A stretch of 32,125 bases of DNA from Craspedostauros australis (lineage: Eukaryota), in the NCBI GenBank assembly GCA_030167865.1, contig JALAGF010003533.1, positions 62,001 to 94,125 on the forward strand. The letters run 5' to 3'. The notes under the pieces were generated by a model. That model was not told the DNA's origin and ran no database searches. It worked only from the letters and a program-made list of their open reading frames with translations. Positions within the stretch are counted from its first letter, which is position 1, and the number at the start of each line of letters is the position of its first letter. A program made the position numbers and the translations under genes. This document shows, in pieces, positions 1 to 10,401 of the stretch.

Positions 1-166
1 GTGCGAAAGGCGACGAGTCAAACTTTTTGCAAAAATCAGTCCTGTGGTCCTTCCCTCAACGAATATATTGGCTTTTTCGCTGCAGTACGAGTATTCATGG
101 AATGCTGCACATGCGCGGTTTCTGCCACTACGTGTTCAACTCATTCGCTCATGAGCTGCGACTCAC
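1..166 (-). other. Intron of paralogue A (acceptor not identified, probably outside the window)
   Basis: CGAG|GTGAGT donor just after the distal His (HR-G, phase 1). Protein similarity to paralogue C stops here and the frame closes at 141. Confidence 0.7.
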
Positions 167-1214
167 CTCGGTGCCAAATATGCTGGTTCAGCAACGCTGC
201 ATCCCCCGCTCTCCATACGCCGTTGATGTCACTCATGGAAACAGCGTTGTCTTCGCAAATCTCATGCAACTCGTCGCTGCAATACTGCGTGCCTGGGCAA
301 ATATCCGTGGCACCCATATCCTTGGTTGTATCCTGCAGCGGGATGAAGAGGGAGTACGAGTGCATGAAGGTCCTGGCGAATCGCAGCGCGTTGCCGTCCG
401 GTTTGGTGTCCGGATGCCATGATTGCGGCGGCGCACCGTAGGATGAGGTGATGGCGGTGATCTCCGATAACGACGGGTTGACCCCGACCAAGTCCGTCAG
501 CAGCGTCTCCAAGTGCTTCTGCGCATTGATCTCCTTCAGGGCTTTGATGACAGCGGGATGTTCGGTCGCCTCGATGCCGTAGCTGATGCGGTTCGTGCCT
601 TGGGACACTGGGTATTCGGATGGCGTCCCTTTGATTTGCTCGTTCTTGTCCACGACGAACTCTCTGAGGTCTTGGATCGTGTCGTGGGACAGTAGTTGAG
701 GCAAGATCACTGCTCCGTGGCGCATCATCGTCTTCCATGCCGGCCGCTGGTCCTGGTGCAGCAAGTGATGCGCCGCCGTTTGGCTGCTCGCGGTGATGTC
801 CAGCATGGTGCATTCGCGATCGTAGTACGTGAATTCTTGAAGCAGATCATGATCCGTGCGCTCTGCACGCCGAAGCAACGTGACGAAGTAGTCATCGTGT
901 ATCGTTTGGATGCAGTAGGCAAGCCCGACGCCCATGCTCGAGACGAAGAGAGCAAGGAATAGAAACCGTTGCAAGTGGCTGCAGTAGGTGTGCGCAGTCG
1001 CCTTTTCCGAGCCAGCATCCTTGAAGCCATTTGCGTGGTTGGGTTGTGACGTTTCTGCCACCTGCGATGGATCGCTGCCGTCCTTGATTCCCAACACCGC
1101 CGGCTGTTCCTTTTCGGAGGGCCTTGTCGGAACATCGGCTTGCGCTGCAGCCGCATCCGTTGCCGCGGCGTGATTTTGCTTCGACCTCTTCTTCTTGGTC
1201 TTCTTCGCTGCCAT
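167..1214 (-). CDS. Membrane-anchored PhyH-like Fe(II)/2-oxoglutarate dioxygenase (paralogue A); first exon only, gene continues beyond the left edge
   Basis: ATG at 1214 (MAAKKTKKK). One hydrophobic segment, RFLFLALFVSSMGVGLAYCI. PhyH-type motifs: 'HGAVILPQLLS', 'QSWHPDT' (HxD, nt 408-416), 'LFIPLQDTTKDMGATDICPGT', distal His in 'QHIWHRG'. The frame is followed by a GTGAGT donor (minus strand, 166-161). Clear by-eye similarity to the gene at 5313-9294. Confidence 0.85.
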
Positions 1215-1328
1215 GGTTTCAATTGAATTGGTGGTGCAGTGGTCAATGGATATAGCACTAGCACGAGGCAAGGAGAACGTCACAAGTATGGGCGCAACGA
1301 AGGTGCTCGCTTTGTTGGACGACCGGCA

Positions 1329-1370
1329 ATGGACGATGGACGATGAACGATGAACGATGAACGATGAACG
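1329..1370. repeat. Heptamer tandem repeat (ATGRACG)x6 upstream of paralogue A
   Basis: atggacg atggacg atgaacg atgaacg atgaacg atgaacg, read directly. Confidence 0.9.
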
Positions 1371-2432
1371 ACGACAGCAATGGTGCCGCCAACACGCAAG
1401 GCTCCGTCGTCGAAGATGCGCAATACGCATCGCTTCGCTTCCACCCCAAAGAATCGTCTTTGGCGCAGGTCGAGTTCGGGTTTCGTGTCCGTTGAACAAG
1501 AGTTGAAATTGATCAATTGAATCGACAGTTGAACCAATCGAAGCGATCGAACGCGAACCTTTGAACTGTGATTCGACTGCATTGATCAAATGCTCTTCCG
1601 ATCACTGTTCCTCATCCAAGAGTCAATTATGGTCGTGAAAGGCCTTTCCGATAATCCCCAATTGTCGAATTGATATCCCAGTTGTGGTATCATGTGGATT
1701 GTTGGATGGCGCTCGGCTTGCACGCCAACGACAACGCGCAATTTTGTGTGTTGTTTGTGACTGCAAAGTCACCAACATTTCACTCGCCGGCGTCGGCAAG
1801 GACAAGACGATAGCAACCGCTTTCACCTTCCGGCGACAATTCTTGGTGTCTGTGCAGTGTTCGCGCCCCAGAGAGACCAAGAGAGGTGCTTTCGCGCCCT
1901 GTGTCCACCTCCCTGACCGTGACCAAGACTCCCAATCCGAGTGTTGCTACCCACGATCGACCCGCGCGGTCTGTGTGGATGATAATTGCGTGCCATCACA
2001 TCATCACTGGACCCAACCATTCATTGCGAGGGCCTTGATCAGCAGGAGCAGCAGCGACAATAGCAACAATAGCAACAATAGCAGCAGGGACATCATTATC
2101 GTGGGCGGCACAAGCACAAGCCGAAGGACGCTACTTTTTCAATCTTGCTATCGTCGCGCTTTCCGGACAAACGAACCTGATTGCCTGCGAAGGCTGCAGA
2201 GAGGAACAGATCCAAGACAGGAGCAGCAGTGAAAGCAACACCTTCGCTGATTGGGACGTCAACAGTGCATGCATGTACGATTACACACGGATACGAGCAT
2301 ACCACAAGTGCATAGTGCCGAGAGAAGAGTTGCGTAGCATCTTGGTGCCATACCCCCGCCCTCGCCATTGCATAGAGTGCGCAGACCAGACTGATCGACG
2401 ACAACGACGACGACAACGACGACAACGACGTG

Positions 2433-4013
2433 ATGGATCATGGAAACAACTTCGACGGCGCGAGAATGCCGCAGCAGTCGCAGCAGCAGCAGGACCATGA
2501 CTCGCTGATTGACGACGAAGTGGATTACGATGAGCACAAGCAGCACTTCTCGTTGGCACGCCAAACATCCGGCAGCCATCCCGATGCAAACATGTTCGCC
2601 GACATGGCGAACGGAGGAGGCATGCCAGGAGTTGCAGGGATATCTGCAGGAATGGCTGCTGGAATACCTGCTGGAATACCGGGAGGTATTGGTATGCCTG
2701 GTGGAGGCGGAGGTATCGGCGGTGGTATGATGGGCAGCGCTATGGACGGACCCAACAGGAGTGCCCCTTCAGGTGGCGGATTGCCCATGCCCCAAGCAGG
2801 AATGCCCAACGGTGTCATGGCGGAAGGTGGCTTTGGTTCTGGGCCTGGGCCCGGACCTGGAATGGGTCGACCGACATCATCGTGGCAGCATCATATCACG
2901 CAGGGACGGGTGCACGGAATGCAATCAAATATGGGAGGTGCCGAAGGAGGAGGTATGCCGCGGAGGAACCATTCATCAGATGCCCTTGATTTCATGCGCC
3001 AATTCGATCCCCAGCAACAGCAACAACAACAGCAACAACACCAGGGCCCCATGAGCCCGCAGGGGCATGCTCCATTGCACGGTTCACAGAACGCCACCTT
3101 CGCCATGCCGGCGGGATCAGCGCAGCGGTCAGCCAGCATGTTCGCTGGGGACATGAACGGCACGGCTTTGTCTGCAGCCGCGGCAGCAACTGCGGCATTT
3201 GAGAACAACCCTGACGTTGGCTTCGGTTCACCCAATAACCACGGAGGCTCTGTTCCGCCTGATGGGGCCAACTTTCCAACCGCAAGACGGCAACGGTCGG
3301 TCACATTCGCGCCATCGACGATTCCTGGTCGGTCCGTGGGCATGGGTTTGTACGACCAACAGAACACGCCGCAACACATGCTCGACGGCGATGATCCCAA
3401 CAACGCCGCTGCTGCGGTTGCGCCATCTTTCGACGATGGTGAAAATGGCGAGGAATTCCTTTCGGCGCCATACCAGAACATGATGTCACAGTACAACCAG
3501 GAGAATCCTCACGCTTCGCATTTCGCGGGTGATGGCGTAGCTGGGCGGCCACCAGCGATGGGTAGCATGGCCAATGCCGGCAGCCCAGGCGGGCAGGAAA
3601 TGGACATGCCGCGTCGCCCACGAGGGGGAAATCTGTCGCAGCTTCCAGGACCCACGCCCGGCAAGCCCGCGCCACCGATGACGGCATCCAGCTCAGCGGT
3701 ATCCGAACCTCCGCGTCCCTCGCCCAAATGGAGCCGCCGTTGTGCAGCGCCTCATCGCAAAGAGCGAACGCCGGATGTTGAAACAGGAAAGCAAGTCGGC
3801 TCTGATGAAGAGTTGCTGAAACTGCAGGAAGAGTGGCAGCAATTGTTGCAGCAGGATGGGCATCACCACGTGACTGACCATGTGGTCGACTGTCCCAACT
3901 GCAGCATCCCGCTTCAGGTTCGCAAAGTTTGCACGATCGTCATCTGCCCATCATGTGGACAAGTATCCCCAGCCGCCACATGCGCCATCCATGCAATGCC
4001 AGATGTTCAGTAA
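2433..4013 (+). CDS. Gly/Met/Pro/Gln-rich disordered protein (526 aa) with C-terminal C-x2-C-x14-C-x2-C (LSD1-spaced) zinc finger
   Basis: Single long ORF from ATG 2433 to TAA 4011-4013. Poly-Q at ~3013-3040. RSVTF at 3294-3308. CPNCSIPLQVRKVCTIVICPSC at 3891-3956. Confidence 0.85.
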   Translation: MDHGNNFDGARMPQQSQQQQDHDSLIDDEVDYDEHKQHFSLARQTSGSHPDANMFADMANGGGMPGVAGISAGMAAGIPAGIPGGIGMPGGGGGIGGGMMGSAMDGPNRSAPSGGGLPMPQAGMPNGVMAEGGFGSGPGPGPGMGRPTSSWQHHITQGRVHGMQSNMGGAEGGGMPRRNHSSDALDFMRQFDPQQQQQQQQQHQGPMSPQGHAPLHGSQNATFAMPAGSAQRSASMFAGDMNGTALSAAAAATAAFENNPDVGFGSPNNHGGSVPPDGANFPTARRQRSVTFAPSTIPGRSVGMGLYDQQNTPQHMLDGDDPNNAAAAVAPSFDDGENGEEFLSAPYQNMMSQYNQENPHASHFAGDGVAGRPPAMGSMANAGSPGGQEMDMPRRPRGGNLSQLPGPTPGKPAPPMTASSSAVSEPPRPSPKWSRRCAAPHRKERTPDVETGKQVGSDEELLKLQEEWQQLLQQDGHHHVTDHVVDCPNCSIPLQVRKVCTIVICPSCGQVSPAATCAIHAMPDVQ

Positions 4014-5312
4014 AGCTCTTGACGTGTCGAGCCGAGCCGATCCGAGCAACCTCGTGCATGCCTTTGTGTCACTCCGGGTATTGCGGCTATATCTCAGATA
4101 TGCAAGCACCTTACCGCAGCACCGTGCCCTTCGATGCATACCATACACTTGCGCATACTGGAAACATTGGACACATGCAGGCACGCAAACGCACACGCAC
4201 ACGCACATTTATCTTTGGCATACGTATGGCACTCTGCAGCAGATCGACTGCGTCGCAAGCCTCAAGTGATCGATCGATTGACCGACCGATTCAATGTATG
4301 GATTGTGGGTGCGCAGAGTCATTCGAAGTAATGTGGGAGTGCGTGGACCTGGATCATCACAGTTGTGGTATGCATGGACCCGACCACCATCGGAGTCGCT
4401 ATTCGATGGTACGGCAGCAATACTATCATCATCACGGCGTTGGAGCTGCGCATGGGATGATCCATGAATGGAGCGATATGACTTCACTCGGCTCGCATCA
4501 TACGACGACATGCTCGAGCACTATGGAATGCACCTGAAACCATACAGAGGTAGAGGAGCGGGGGCAGACGCGCGTGGCAAGCCAACATCCGCCACGTGCT
4601 CTGAAGCATCTTGCGTGCAATCCATGAGCGTGCTGAAATGGAGTGAAGGTGAAGTGGAGCAGGGCAACGTAGCGTAGCCTCTTTCTCACTCTCTCTCGAG
4701 AAAGAAAGCAGAGCAAGGCGCCAATCGTAAAAATGCCTCGAGCACACATTCCAATAGACACCCGTTGCGGTTGATCAGCATGTGGTTTGTTGCTCGTGAC
4801 GATGTGCCTTTTTATGCAGATCCATGCCTTGCCAATACAATCATGTCGCATGTTGGCAAGTGCATCTCGTGCTGGTGGAAGACAAGAGGAGATGGACATG
4901 GTGCGAGTGCGCGCAGAGCGCCAACGGCGTGCCCGTAGAATATTATTGAGTATAGAAAAAACACAATGAATGAGGCGGGTGGAGGAGACGGATGCGAACC
5001 TTCGAACCCGAACCCGGCCGTTAGAGAAACCATTGGCTGATCCGAATGGGTTGCTTCGCAACACGCAACCACTCACCATCAACAACACCGCGTACGGATA
5101 CCCCCCGTATCTGTCGCTCGTCCGACACCATCATTCGCTTTCCCCAACGCATTGCAATCACAACACAGACGCCTGTGCAAGTGACCACCCCTCACAATAC
5201 GAATAACAACAAGTACTCGCTTCCTTCTGACATCGCATCATTGGACCATCCTGTTGGCCGATCCTCCTTCATTCATTCATTGAATTCACCGAATGCTCGA
5301 GCAAGAGCAACA

Positions 5313-8300
5313 ATGCCGCCAACAACAACACAGACTGATCACAGCGCCTTCATCTCATCGGCCTCCCGCAATGGCAGGCAGAAGGGCAGCAAGGTGGCGA
5401 CGGACTTCGGTCGTTCCTCTGCGAACAGTCCCAACGCAGCACACAACGGGCACAAGCCAACCATGAACGGGAATGGGAATGCTGGTTCTGCCCAGGAGAC
5501 TGCAGTCACATCCGCAGAGACAGCATCCATAGACCGCTGGCTGACCGTCCTCGGCTACGTGCTGCGTATGCTCTTTCTGGATCTCCCGCTCGCAATCCTC
5601 TTCGCTGTCTACCTATCATGCTGGTGCTTGGAAACCATCGGCCACGAGTACCTGCTGCCGCAGATCAATCTCATGCGATTCCAATCCGAGGCACGCAACT
5701 TCGAGGACTTGACGTACTACCATCGCACATGCACTAAGAAGGACATCACTGCCACCAAGATAGAACAGCTGGTGCTCCCTGCCAACGCCACGGCCGACGA
5801 GGCCATGGATCACATGAACTACCACGGTGCGATGCTGTATCACAACTTGCTGTCGGAAAGCACCACGTCGGCGCTGCGCGAATTCATCGTGGAGCAGAAC
5901 AAGATCCAGGCCGGCTGGTTCGTCATTGAGAATCAGAATCGGTATTCGTGGGGCATCGACATGAACATGCACCCGGCGTTCCAGTCGGTGTTCCAGGAAT
6001 TGGTGGCCAACAATCAGTTCATCACGTCCATTCAAAAGATTGTTGGCCCCGATCCAGCAATGTGAGTGCAGCCAATAGCGAGCAGGAGCATGGAGGGATG
6101 AATGTGTCTACGTTTTGCCATGGCCAAGTTGTGACGTGCGAGGCATAAGCATGACGGCTTGACCAATTGTCACCTTTGCGATCCTTGCATGCAGAACTCA
6201 GTGAATGGCGGGCTCTTGTGGCATGGTGCACCACGTCTTTGCAAACACTCTCGCTTTATCTCCCTGTTGCTTTCGATCAACTTTTGCTGTATCATCTGAC
6301 AGACACATGCAAAACGCTCTGTAACACGCTCTCATTCTGCACACATTACGCCCATTCTCAACCCTTCCCTCCATCGCTCTGCCTCATTTGAATGTTTTCT
6401 CTCCGACTTCATCTCCGACTGCAAAATCATTTTCCAACTCGTTTTTTCCATCTCCATCAGAATCGAATTCACGGCCATCACGTCAAGTTATGGAGCAGCG
6501 GATCAGGCGGATCACCAGGATGTCGTGCCGTCAGGAAATGCTGCCAAGTTCGGTAGAACCTTCGTGCCATCTTACTCCTTGTTCATGCCTCTGCAAGACA
6601 CCACGTACGACATGGGCGCGACTCATGTTTGTCCCGGATCGCACCTCTGCAGCGACGGATGTCACAAATACTGCTTCCATCATTCCTTGCCTGTGTCAGG
6701 CTACAATGGCAGCATCTGGCCACGAGGATCCGGTGCGTTGGTCAACCAGCAGACAACACATAAGGGCATGGCGCACAAGGCCGAGGGTGCACCCGATCGC
6801 GTCGTCCTCATCGCCACGTTCGCTCCAAGACCCCAGACGCACCGCGGTGTGGAGACCAGGCAGATTGGTCAGGGCGGTAGTTACTCGTTGAAATGGACTC
6901 ACTGGGGACACACCTTGTACGACTTCGTGCACGCAAACCAGCGAATGACAGAGCCGCAAGTGCAACTGCGCAGTCTCGGCTTGCTGAAGGGTGCCGGGTA
7001 CAATTGGATCAGCCAGGCGTCCATGAGAATCGCAAATGAGGACAATGGGTAAGTCACATGTGGCAGCCTTCATGGCAGTGTGGTTCGTTGCTGAAATCTG
7101 CAAGTTGTTCACAACTTTTCGTGGATGGTGAAGCAATCGAATGAACGCATGCTTGAATACATGCTTTAACGCGCAATCTTCCCATCGGCGCATTGATCGA
7201 TGGAAGGAGCCACTGCATCGAGGTGGTTGATGCTTGTGTCGATGGATGGTGCGTGGGCGATACGAAAAACAGGATACTCTGGAGTTGAGTACTCCATGAC
7301 TACTCGCTCTATTATGGCCTATGTGAGCACCGAGCTGACTCCATTGCTTTCATTTCCTTCCTTCGTCTCTTCTCATCACCGCAACTACTACCGCCACCAC
7401 CACCGCCACCAACAACAACAACATTGCAGATACACTGGAGATTCACTGGAGCAGTTCATGGAGGATGGATCATTGAAGTACTGGCCTAAGCGATGGCAAG
7501 CGCAGTTTGCCGATCCGTACAAAGAGACGTGGGAAAGGTTCGCCGTCGAGACCGTGGAACTGTCGTTGGACGGTTTGCAAGACCTCACCATCAAGGCAGT
7601 CTTGTGCGTTCTTTCCTTGGTCGCATTGGTTGCTTGGTTGGTTGGTAAAGGTCTTTCGCGAACAATCACGATCGTATTGCGCTTTTCGAAGCGTTTGTTC
7701 ATCACATACTCCATCATCGCGGTGCTTGCGACGGTTGCGTTGAAGTCGATCAAGGAGACCAATTGGGCCAAGAATATCGTCAACGGCAAATCGTATCGCC
7801 TGCCAAGCATTCCCGACGTGGTCGACACCGGCAACCCGAGCACGCTGCCATGGCAGAATGATGTCCTCGTCACCATCAACTACGCATCAGATCGGCTGGC
7901 TTCGTTCACTCGTGTTGTGGATGCCACCCATCCCGGGAATCGCGAATGGAAGTCAACGGTCCGCCAGTTTGCGGCGAACTCCAAGTACACCAGACTCCCA
8001 CGAGCGCTGCAGTTGGAGCTTTCCAGATCGATGATCCGACGTCACCAACAGAACGCGCGCTTCCTCAAACCCAACTCGCTTCGTCAGTGGACTGAGATAC
8101 TTGACGATCAAGCGTTGATCGACGTGGCGCACAAGGATCTAACAAGCGCATCGAGCAAGCTGAATGACTCCATGATCCGACAACTGGATGCTTTGGAGGC
8201 TGACTTGATCTTCGACACGTGGCGCGACACAGCTATGGGCCGAGTTGTGATGAAAGGGTTCTTGAATGCGCTTCGGGGCAAGCTGTTTCATGCTCTGACC

Positions 8301-9294
8301 TTGCCCATCAAAGTCAAAACAAATGGTAGCATTATGCGTTCAGAGGCAACACGGCAATATGCGACCATTGCTGGTCTTCGAACAGCAGCCGTCCCCAACA
8401 GAGGCCCTACGCGGTTGCTATCGATTGAACAGCCACGGCGCCCTCCTTTCTCAGCTGCGTGGGCCAAAGAAGGCGATCTCGTTGAAGTGCGATACGAGTG
8501 CAAGAACAACGGTACGTTTGTGACAATGGATTGCATTTGTGCTGATCATTCCGCTGCAGTCGCGAGTTACTTCCGTGCGTTTCAACTGCCACACGTGCGA
8601 GTATGCCACCTATGAGTAAGTATGAAGTTTATATGGCACACCGAACCAGCTTGACTCATCATGTCCCCGCCCAATCATGATCGTCATTCTCGTCTTTCCC
8701 CTTTCTTTCTACGTTGCCTCCATCGAATTTGACATCGAACCAACACCCGCATCAACGTGCGTGCCAACTTGCGTCCCAACGTCCTTGCGAACCTTTGATA
8801 TTCATGCTTACTCGGACCGCTGTTACGGTTTGTATTGTGCGCGAGCAGAGCTGTATCTGGCGATCATCGCTGAGATGCAATGCAAAGACATGAAGGCCGT
8901 GGTGCACTTCCTTGACGGTGACCACGCCCTTGTTGGTAGGAAATGCATGCGATACTTCAAGCCATACGCTTTTGGTGAAACTGTGAACGTTCGATTGCAG
9001 GACGGATCCAACACATGGCATGCGGCCCAATTCCTCGAATCCGTGAAATCGTCCAACTCCACATTGCGCCCTGTCCGCGTGCGCACGGATGCGGGTGACA
9101 TCGTCCGCGTCGAACCGAGGAACATCCGTAGGATCCTTGATGATACAGAAGACGATGACAATGGCGACGATGACGATGACGAGGAAGGAGACGACGATGA
9201 ATACGACGGAGAGGATGCTGGAGAGACCTACTTCTTGTCGATCGATGAAGACTACAATTCACGTCGCGCGAATGACGACGACGAAGACGAATGA
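5313..9294 (+). CDS. Multi-domain membrane PhyH-like Fe(II)/2OG dioxygenase (paralogue C), ~954 aa; join(5313..6061,6461..7048,7430..8511,8849..9294)
   Basis: Exons sum to 2865 nt (955 codons). All three junctions are GT-AG and keep the frame: AT|gtgagt...catcag|A, GG|gtaagt...ttgcag|A, G|gtacgt...gagcag|AG. HQD at 6513-6521, distal His in 'TTHKG', Arg in 'PDRVVLIATF'. One N-terminal TM, two TMs after the enzyme domain, a DUF6824-like segment, two Tudor/Agenet-like repeats and an acidic tail. Confidence 0.85.
6062..6460 (+). other. Intron 1 of paralogue C (399 bp)
   Basis: GTGAGT donor and pyrimidine-rich tract ending ...tctccatcag. Splicing gives GPDPAIIEFTAITSSYGA, matching paralogue A GVNPSLSEITAITSSYGA. 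Confidence 0.9.
7049..7429 (+). other. Intron 2 of paralogue C (381 bp)
   Basis: GTAAGT donor and TTGCAG acceptor, phase 2, joining NEDNG to YTGDSLE. Confidence 0.8.
8512..8848 (+). other. Intron 3 of paralogue C (337 bp)
   Basis: GTACGT donor and GAGCAG acceptor, phase 1. Splicing joins VEVRYECKNN to ELYLAII and completes a Tudor-like repeat. Confidence 0.75.
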
Positions 9295-9564
9295 TTGATG
9301 ATCACGGGGAAAATGAAACGATGATTTAATCATCAAGCGCGCCAAATTCAACATCGACGCCAGTCTCAAACGAACTGCAGGACGCACATTTTATATCAGT
9401 GCATTGGGTATCTCCAGCGTGATTTCAAACGCACGCTACAATTGCATCATGTATGATAGAATACGTAATACGTTGGTTTCATAATGAATTGCTTTAGCTC
9501 ATGAAACATTGCTGTATTGCTTGCATTGCATTGTAGAGCACTCCATTGCTTGTTCGCATTGGCT

Positions 9565-10083
9565 TTACGATTTCTTCTTGCCAGCCGCAGTTGATGTAGA
9601 GACGATGTCGTCTTGCACAGCCAAGTACAGGATCCAGAGCGGGAATATTAGATACGGCGAGTACACCGAGATGGCAAGCATGCGCTCCATCTGAGTCGCG
9701 TCCGGGTTGGCGGCCAGCGTCGCCAGGATCGGAACAAGCGACGTCGCCGTGTGGGCGCCATACAGCATCGACGAGGTCTGGAACCAGCGCGGATACCTCC
9801 CTCCCTTCGGCGTCGTCGTCATCTGATGCACCGCGGCGAAGAAGTACGGCAACTGGAACGCGAATTCACAAAGTACAAGCGCCACGAACCACGGCCGCGA
9901 CTTGGGTGTCGCCATGATCGGATCATTCACGCTGTTCACATGCAGCGCCAGCATGTCCCGCAACGGTTGCGGGAACCATGACTGGGGGAACAGCACCTGC
10001 CCATCGATGATGATCGTGAAGATGATGTGCGATGCGAAGAACGACACGAAGGATACCTTCGTGATCCCCTCCAAGACTTTCAT
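9565..10083 (-). CDS. TMEM97: EXPERA-domain ER membrane protein, TMEM97 / sigma-2-receptor-like (172 aa)
   Basis: Four hydrophobic helices. Family motifs 'FFASHIIFTIIIDGQ', 'DP', 'WF..LVLCEFAFQLPYF', 'YGAHTAT', 'YSPYLIFP'. C-terminal di-lysine ER-retrieval signal KKKS. Confidence 0.88.
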   Translation of the reverse strand: MKVLEGITKVSFVSFFASHIIFTIIIDGQVLFPQSWFPQPLRDMLALHVNSVNDPIMATPKSRPWFVALVLCEFAFQLPYFFAAVHQMTTTPKGGRYPRWFQTSSMLYGAHTATSLVPILATLAANPDATQMERMLAISVYSPYLIFPLWILYLAVQDDIVSTSTAAGKKKS

Positions 10084-10401
10084 CGCTCTCCTTCCCTGTT
10101 CTGTCTGCCTTGCGGCGATCCTGATTGCCAGCTGGTGCTGCGGAGTACTCTATGAGGGAGCAGAGCAGAGGAGAGTACACTATTCTATTATTACGACCTC
10201 CTGCACGTTTTTTCTCCGTCGCGGTTTGCGTTAGGGATACGCCCCAAACGCAGTTGATGCACAAGCGTTTCCTTGTTCCCCTGGTTTCTACCAAAGACTT
10301 CAGCACGATGGGACGAGTGCTGTACGCAATGCGAGTTGGGATACGATTGGCGCGGATTCGCCACAAGGAGCAGCTGTTGTTGGAACGCACGTCGCCCACG
10401 A

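Noticed and set aside
1215-1589. N-terminal extension of ORF 141..1589 from a TTG start
   Set aside because: Eukaryotic gene. The extension translates a heptamer repeat and UTR-like sequence; the ATG at 1214 fits the paralogue layout.
4400-4969. Protein-like snippets (MERYDFTRLASYDDMLEHYG; EEMDMVRVRAERQRRARR) between genes B and C
   Set aside because: Short, in different frames, no recognisable family and no consistent splice model.
7200-7429. ATG at 7200 as the start of a separate 471-aa gene
   Set aside because: The segment lies inside a GT-AG intron whose removal joins it in frame to the PhyH exon, and it translates simple repeats (HHHRHQQQQ).
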